From the human T2T-CHM13v2.0 reference genome, Homo sapiens: a stretch of 64,000 bases of DNA. Of the stretch, positions 57,482 to 64,000 are shown in pieces. Where the stretch lies: assembly GCF_009914755.1 (NCBI RefSeq), contig NC_060929.1. The stretch is one strand, 5' to 3'. The translations under genes and the position numbers were made by a program. Position 1 is the stretch's first letter. Each line of letters starts with the position of its first letter. The notes under the pieces are model-generated. The model did not search any database. It worked only from the letters and a program-made list of their open reading frames with translations, and had not been told where the DNA came from.

Positions 57482-57790
57482 TTTTTCTTTTTTTTTTTTT
57501 TTTTCTTTTTTTGAGACAGAACCTCCCTTTGTTGCCCATGCTGGAGTGCAGTGGTGCGCTCTCGGCTCACTGCAGCCTCTGTCCCGGGTCCAAGCGATTC
57601 TCCTGTCTAGGCTTCCCGAGTAGCTGGGACTACAGGCATGTGGCACCGCGCCTGGCTAATTTTTGTATTTTAGTAGAGACAGGATTTCACCAGTTGGCCA
57701 GGCTGGACTTGAGCTCCTGACCTCAGGTGATCCATTTGCACCAGACTCCCAAAGTGCTGGGATTACAGGTGTGAGCCACTGTGCCTGGCC
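57482..57790 (-). mobile_element. AluS
   Basis: Dimer with poly-T. Confidence 0.9.
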
Positions 57791-58266
57791 TCCTTTTTTG
57801 TCTTAGATAACGACTCCGTGTTGTTCCTTGAGATGGTTTCGGGTTTACGGGAAGAGTTAGAAGAGAGTCTTGTGTGGTGTTTGAGGACTCAGGAAGATCA
57901 GGGTTCTGGGGCGATAGTTTCTAGACACGATAGATGCCTGAAAACCAGCAGGGCCCGAAAGGAGCATACCCCTGGGGAACCAGCAACTCAAATGCAGAAA
58001 CTGGTAACCCACGTGAGCACCCCATCAGCAGACAAGGTCAGAAATCAGAGATCTTTATGATTTGCGAGGCAGAACAGCCAACTACATGTGCATTTGATGT
58101 AAATGCTCAGTGCCTTCAACTTTTCCCCAGTGTATCTCTGCCTTCAGGCTTCTCCCCAGTCCTCCAGGGCTTTTCTTGAACATGTGGGCTGCCCATTGCT
58201 GCCTGCACCATTCCTCATTCCAGCTGTGTTTGTCATAATAGGTTTGCCAAATAAAAAATAATTTTT

Positions 58267-58571
58267 GGCTGGGTGCAGTGGTTCACACCTGTAATCCCAG
58301 TTCTTTGGGAGGCCGAGGTGGATCACCTGACATCAGGAGTTCGAGACCAGCCTGGCCAACAAGGCAAAATCCCGTCTCTACTAAAAATACAAAATGAGCT
58401 GTTCGTGGTGGCATGTGCCTGTAATCCTAGCTACTCAGGAGGCTGAGGCAAGAGAATCACTTGAACCCAGGAGGCGGAGGTTGTAGTGAGGCGAGATTAC
58501 ACCACTGCACTCCAGCCTGGGCAACAGAGCAAGACTCTGTCTCAAAACAAAAAACAAAAAACAAAAAAAAA
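58267..58571 (+). mobile_element. AluS
   Basis: Dimer with A-rich tail. Confidence 0.9.
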
Positions 58572-58789
58572 GATTTTTCATCTTTTTGAGATGGGAGGGC
58601 TGGAGGGTAGAGATAGGGATTAGTGGCTTAGTATATTTACCTTCATATAATAACTGTATTTAAAGGGAACTGATGAGAACTATGATGGAGAGTTTTCTGA
58701 AATAGAAATAAATGTAATTTTCAAAAGTTCTTCATCATTACTGAGTACACTGAAGAGGCAAATGGACTAGTGTATAGCTCAGAGTATTT

Positions 58790-58935
58790 CTCCAACTTAA
58801 TATGTATACAAATCACCTGCAGCTCTTGTTAAATTGCAGCTTCTGTAGGTTTGGATTAAGCTTTGCTTCTACAAAAGCTCCCAAGGAACATTCATGCTGC
58901 TGGTCCTTGATCCACACATTGAGTAGCAAGGTTTT
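58790..58935. mobile_element. MER5-like hAT fossil
   Basis: aatcacctg...ttgttaaattgcag...gctgctggtcc...ccacacattgagtagcaagg. Confidence 0.6.
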
Positions 58936-59053
58936 AGGGGACTTCAAATTATTAATATTATTCTATGTAATTGGAAGTTACCTGCTTCTTAAAATATATG
59001 TCATAGGTATGTATCTAATTTCTTCAGGCCTGGTAATTAAAAATTATTTCTAG

Positions 59054-59466
<413 letters not shown>

Positions 59467-59965
59467 TTAGGTACTTTTAGAGTTGTTTTCTTTTTCCCAA
59501 AGAATGGTTGATAATTCCCTCTGTCTCCCTCTATTCACATAGGACTGAAATAGAAATAGGCTTAAATTAAGGCTGCACAACTTTTATTTGCTCCTAAGGG
59601 AGAACTTACAGAATGCTGGGGTATGCACGAATCTTCATCACTTTGAAAAGAGTTATATTTTCAAAGAGAATAAATTCTAATATAATCCCTGCCCTTGAAG
59701 AATAACCCAGATTCAGAGCAGAACCCACTGATTTAGATATAGAAGTTTGGATTACTGGACCTCACAAGGATGTGGCTCCATGTAAGAATGGGAAGATGGA
59801 ACTGTCACTGTCCATTGCACAGACAGCCCCTGCTCAGTTCTCATCCTGTGAATCCTGCTGTATCTGCCTCTGGGAGCACTTTGTTCTCACATAAAGATTC
59901 ATCTTTGCCCCCAGGATAGAGGATCATTCTTGATCTCAGAGAGTTTGAGGACCTAGGAAGCCCTA

Positions 59966-60298
<333 letters not shown>

Positions 60299-60582
60299 TT
60301 AGTCCTGAGGCACAGTCCACCCTTACACCCCACTTAGGGTAGGAGGATCAGAATCATATTCCAGAACATAAGCTCTCCCAAACCATGCTCCTCCAAAATG
60401 CAGGCCTCACTGAGATCTTCTCAGTCTTCTAGATTAGGAAGCTTCAACCCGTTGCCAGTGACAGAAGCCCAGCCAGCAGCCTACACAGGTTTCCCAAATT
60501 CTCTGCAGAGGCTGCCCCTGTGGAGGAATCTCTGAATTTCCCCTCTTCCTGGATCTCCTGTCCCCTTTACCTGTATAGATGA

Positions 60583-61002
<420 letters not shown>

Positions 61003-62452
61003 TGTTATTCCATCTTACACATCCTAAAATTGGGGCCATTTGTTTGGACTGGAAGAAATTTGCCAAATTCTCTGAAAAAAGGGTTTCACTGCCAGACTTG
61101 GCTCTGTCCTTGAGCTGGCAGGAGTCAGGGTGCTCTGAGATGCCCCCTCTTTAAGGTGCAGTTCTGTTTTGGAGCTCAACTCTCCCAGTCTGATCTTCCC
61201 ACTGTAGTGTGTCTGACTCTGCCTGACAACATCCTGAGATGAGCCACGGGTGCGGGGGAGCAGATGTTCCTTGATGCTTCTGGTGTTCAGTGATGCTGTC
61301 ACTCATTAGAAGAACTGTGTCCTAAAATTTTGAGATGAAGATGTTATTGAAAGTTTTGGGAGACTGGGCACGGTGGCTGAGCTTGTCTTCTTCACACACC
61401 ATTAAACATCTCCAGAAATGATCATAGAGTACCTGTGTTTGACCATAGGCTATGTTAACTCTCTGTGAGGAAAAAAGGATTCTTTTGTGAAATACAGATA
61501 TAGTCATGAAACTATCATTGGGCATTCACAGTTCATTTTACAAAAATATTTTTGGCATTTTAGACACTTTTTAGTTCCTTAAAAAAAAAGTTATGACCAT
61601 TCCCATAACTCTCAGGTGGGAATCCTTCTTCTGTCAACAGTATGAAGAGGAGGTGATTAAAACATCATCTTTCATTTGATGATGCTTTACGTCTCATTAT
61701 CCTGGTGCCCTTTTCTGTGGAATAATTGGGATGGGAGAAATCAATTTGAAGGCAAATTTACAATACACTGTGAACATGTGACCATCCCTACAAGTTTTCT
61801 GGTGGTGAAATTTTAGGCAGTGTAATTGTTGGATGAGAGAGATCTTTCTGGGAAGTGGACATCCTCCAGCCCCACTGCAAAGATGATTGTCTTTTTTGCC
61901 AGATGGTAAGGCTTGTCCTAAATACCTACTCCTTGGGCTGATATCACAGAGGAGATAAACTGACCTGAATATAAAATATAAAGCCTTTAAGAAAAGGCCA
62001 GAAGTGTTCTTAGGAAAATGACCTGAGATGGTTAATTTTATGTGTCAACTGGAATGGGCTAAGGGAGGCCCAGATATCTGGTAGAACATTATTTCTGGGT
62101 GTGTCTGTGGTGGTGTTTCTGGAAGAGGTTAGCATGTGAATTGGTGAACTGAGCAAAGAAGATGTCCCTCCCCAATGTGAGTGGGCACCATCCAATCCAT
62201 TGAGGAGCTGGATAGAGCAAAAAGGCAGAGACGAAGGATGAGTTTGCTTCTGTTTGGGCTATACATCCATCTTCTCTTGCCTTTGGATTTGGGTCTTCTG
62301 GTTCTTAGGCATTTGGACTTGGACTGAATTATGCCACTGGCTTTCTTGGTTCTCCAACTTGCAGACAATGGATCATGGGACTTCTTGGCCAATTTCTAGA
62401 ATAAATCTCTCTCTCGTTCTCTGTGCTTTTGTATCTATATCTATATGTAAAT

Positions 62453-62753
62453 AGAGTCATGCATCACTTAATGATGGAGATACATTGTCAGAATTGCATT
62501 TTTAGGGAATTTTGTTGTTGTGTGAGTATATATATACATATATATTTATATTTTTACTTGGAAAACCGGATGTCTCAGCACCATTACTGAATATCAGTCA
62601 ATTCCCCTACTTGATTTGCAATGCCAATGTCAAGTGCCAAATATCAGATTTCTATATGTGCTTTATTACAATCTGATGAGCCCACCATTGTATATGCAGT
62701 TAATTATTGTATGTGCACAGTTAACTGGAACATTGTTATGCAGTGCATGACTG
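62453..62753. mobile_element. Internally deleted Tigger3-like DNA transposon
   Basis: Terminal inverted repeats agtcatgcatcacttaatgatgg ... gttatgcagtgcatgactg, in a TA context. Confidence 0.75.
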
Positions 62754-62849
62754 TATATATATATGTCCTATCGTGTGTGTGTATATATATATACATTATG
62801 TGTGTATATATATATACATTATGTGTGTATATATATATGTATGTCCTAT

Positions 62850-62887
<38 letters not shown>

Positions 62888-62945
62888 CAAACAATAGGAT
62901 CTATCCATCTATTATCTATCAATCATCTATCCTATATATGTTTAT
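62754..62945. repeat. (TA)n/(TG)n/(TCTA)n compound microsatellite
   Basis: Directly visible low-complexity repeats. Confidence 0.9.
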
Positions 62946-63089
62946 ATATCTTCTATTGGTTCTGTTTCTTTCATACTGACCAATATAATTCCATATGTCA
63001 TATTTTAACATTTTAATTCCTTACAAAAAGCCCCATCACCAGATTAAAAAGTAATGATTTGTTTCTGTTGCTCATGGGTACCAGGTAAG

Positions 63090-63703
<614 letters not shown>

Positions 63704-64000
63704 GTATGCTGCTGTTTTCTAATGTCCTGACTTTCTGTGGATTTATGGCTGTACATAAATATGTCTCAGTTTAAATCTGGCTTAAAACCTTTCTTGTTCT
63801 TGATTGGGTAGCCACTTCATTGAAAAGTAATTTTTATCTTCTCTGATTTACTTCAAAGGGGAAAGCCATGAGTTCTGGGCATACATGTGCCCAGTACGCA
63901 CTCAGCAAGCAGCTGAGAACGTGAGTGTGACGGTGGGTATGCCTTCTGACTTAATAATCCTTTGGATGTTTCCATTCTAATGCATTCATTATCTGTGTTC

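Larger units (their letters stand above)
62024..62987 (+). mobile_element. MLT2 (ERVL) LTR, interrupted by a Tigger3-like element and (TA/CA)n
   Basis: tgagatggttaattttatgtgtcaact...attatttctgggtgtgtctgtg at the 5' end; ctattggttctgtttct...ctgaccaatata at the 3' end. Confidence 0.85.

Overview
Primate (almost certainly human) genomic DNA at the BASP1 (NAP-22/CAP-23) locus. Bases 1 to ~40588 are the 3' part of the large 5'-UTR intron. The single coding terminal exon begins at 40589 (CDS 40598-41281, 227 aa; 3' UTR to ~42240), and ~22 kb of downstream intergenic DNA follows. The rest is mostly interspersed repeats: about 40 Alu/FLAM elements, two solo THE1 LTRs with intact TSDs, MST/MLT LTRs, L1, L2, MIR and DNA-transposon fossils, plus a U6 snRNA pseudogene. 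Almost all other ORFs in the track are Alu-derived or low-complexity artefacts. I found no convincing new multi-gene system. The observations most worth checking are: a near-perfect non-TE inverted duplication with template-switch scars (14433-15039); a 3' UTR G-quadruplex next to a long UC tract; a stop-free Arg-rich +1 frame across the acidic BASP1 CDS; a triplicated L1 3' end inside one TSD; and a short tailed L1-like insert nested in a younger Tigger. Repeat boundaries and subfamily names were read by eye and are approximate.
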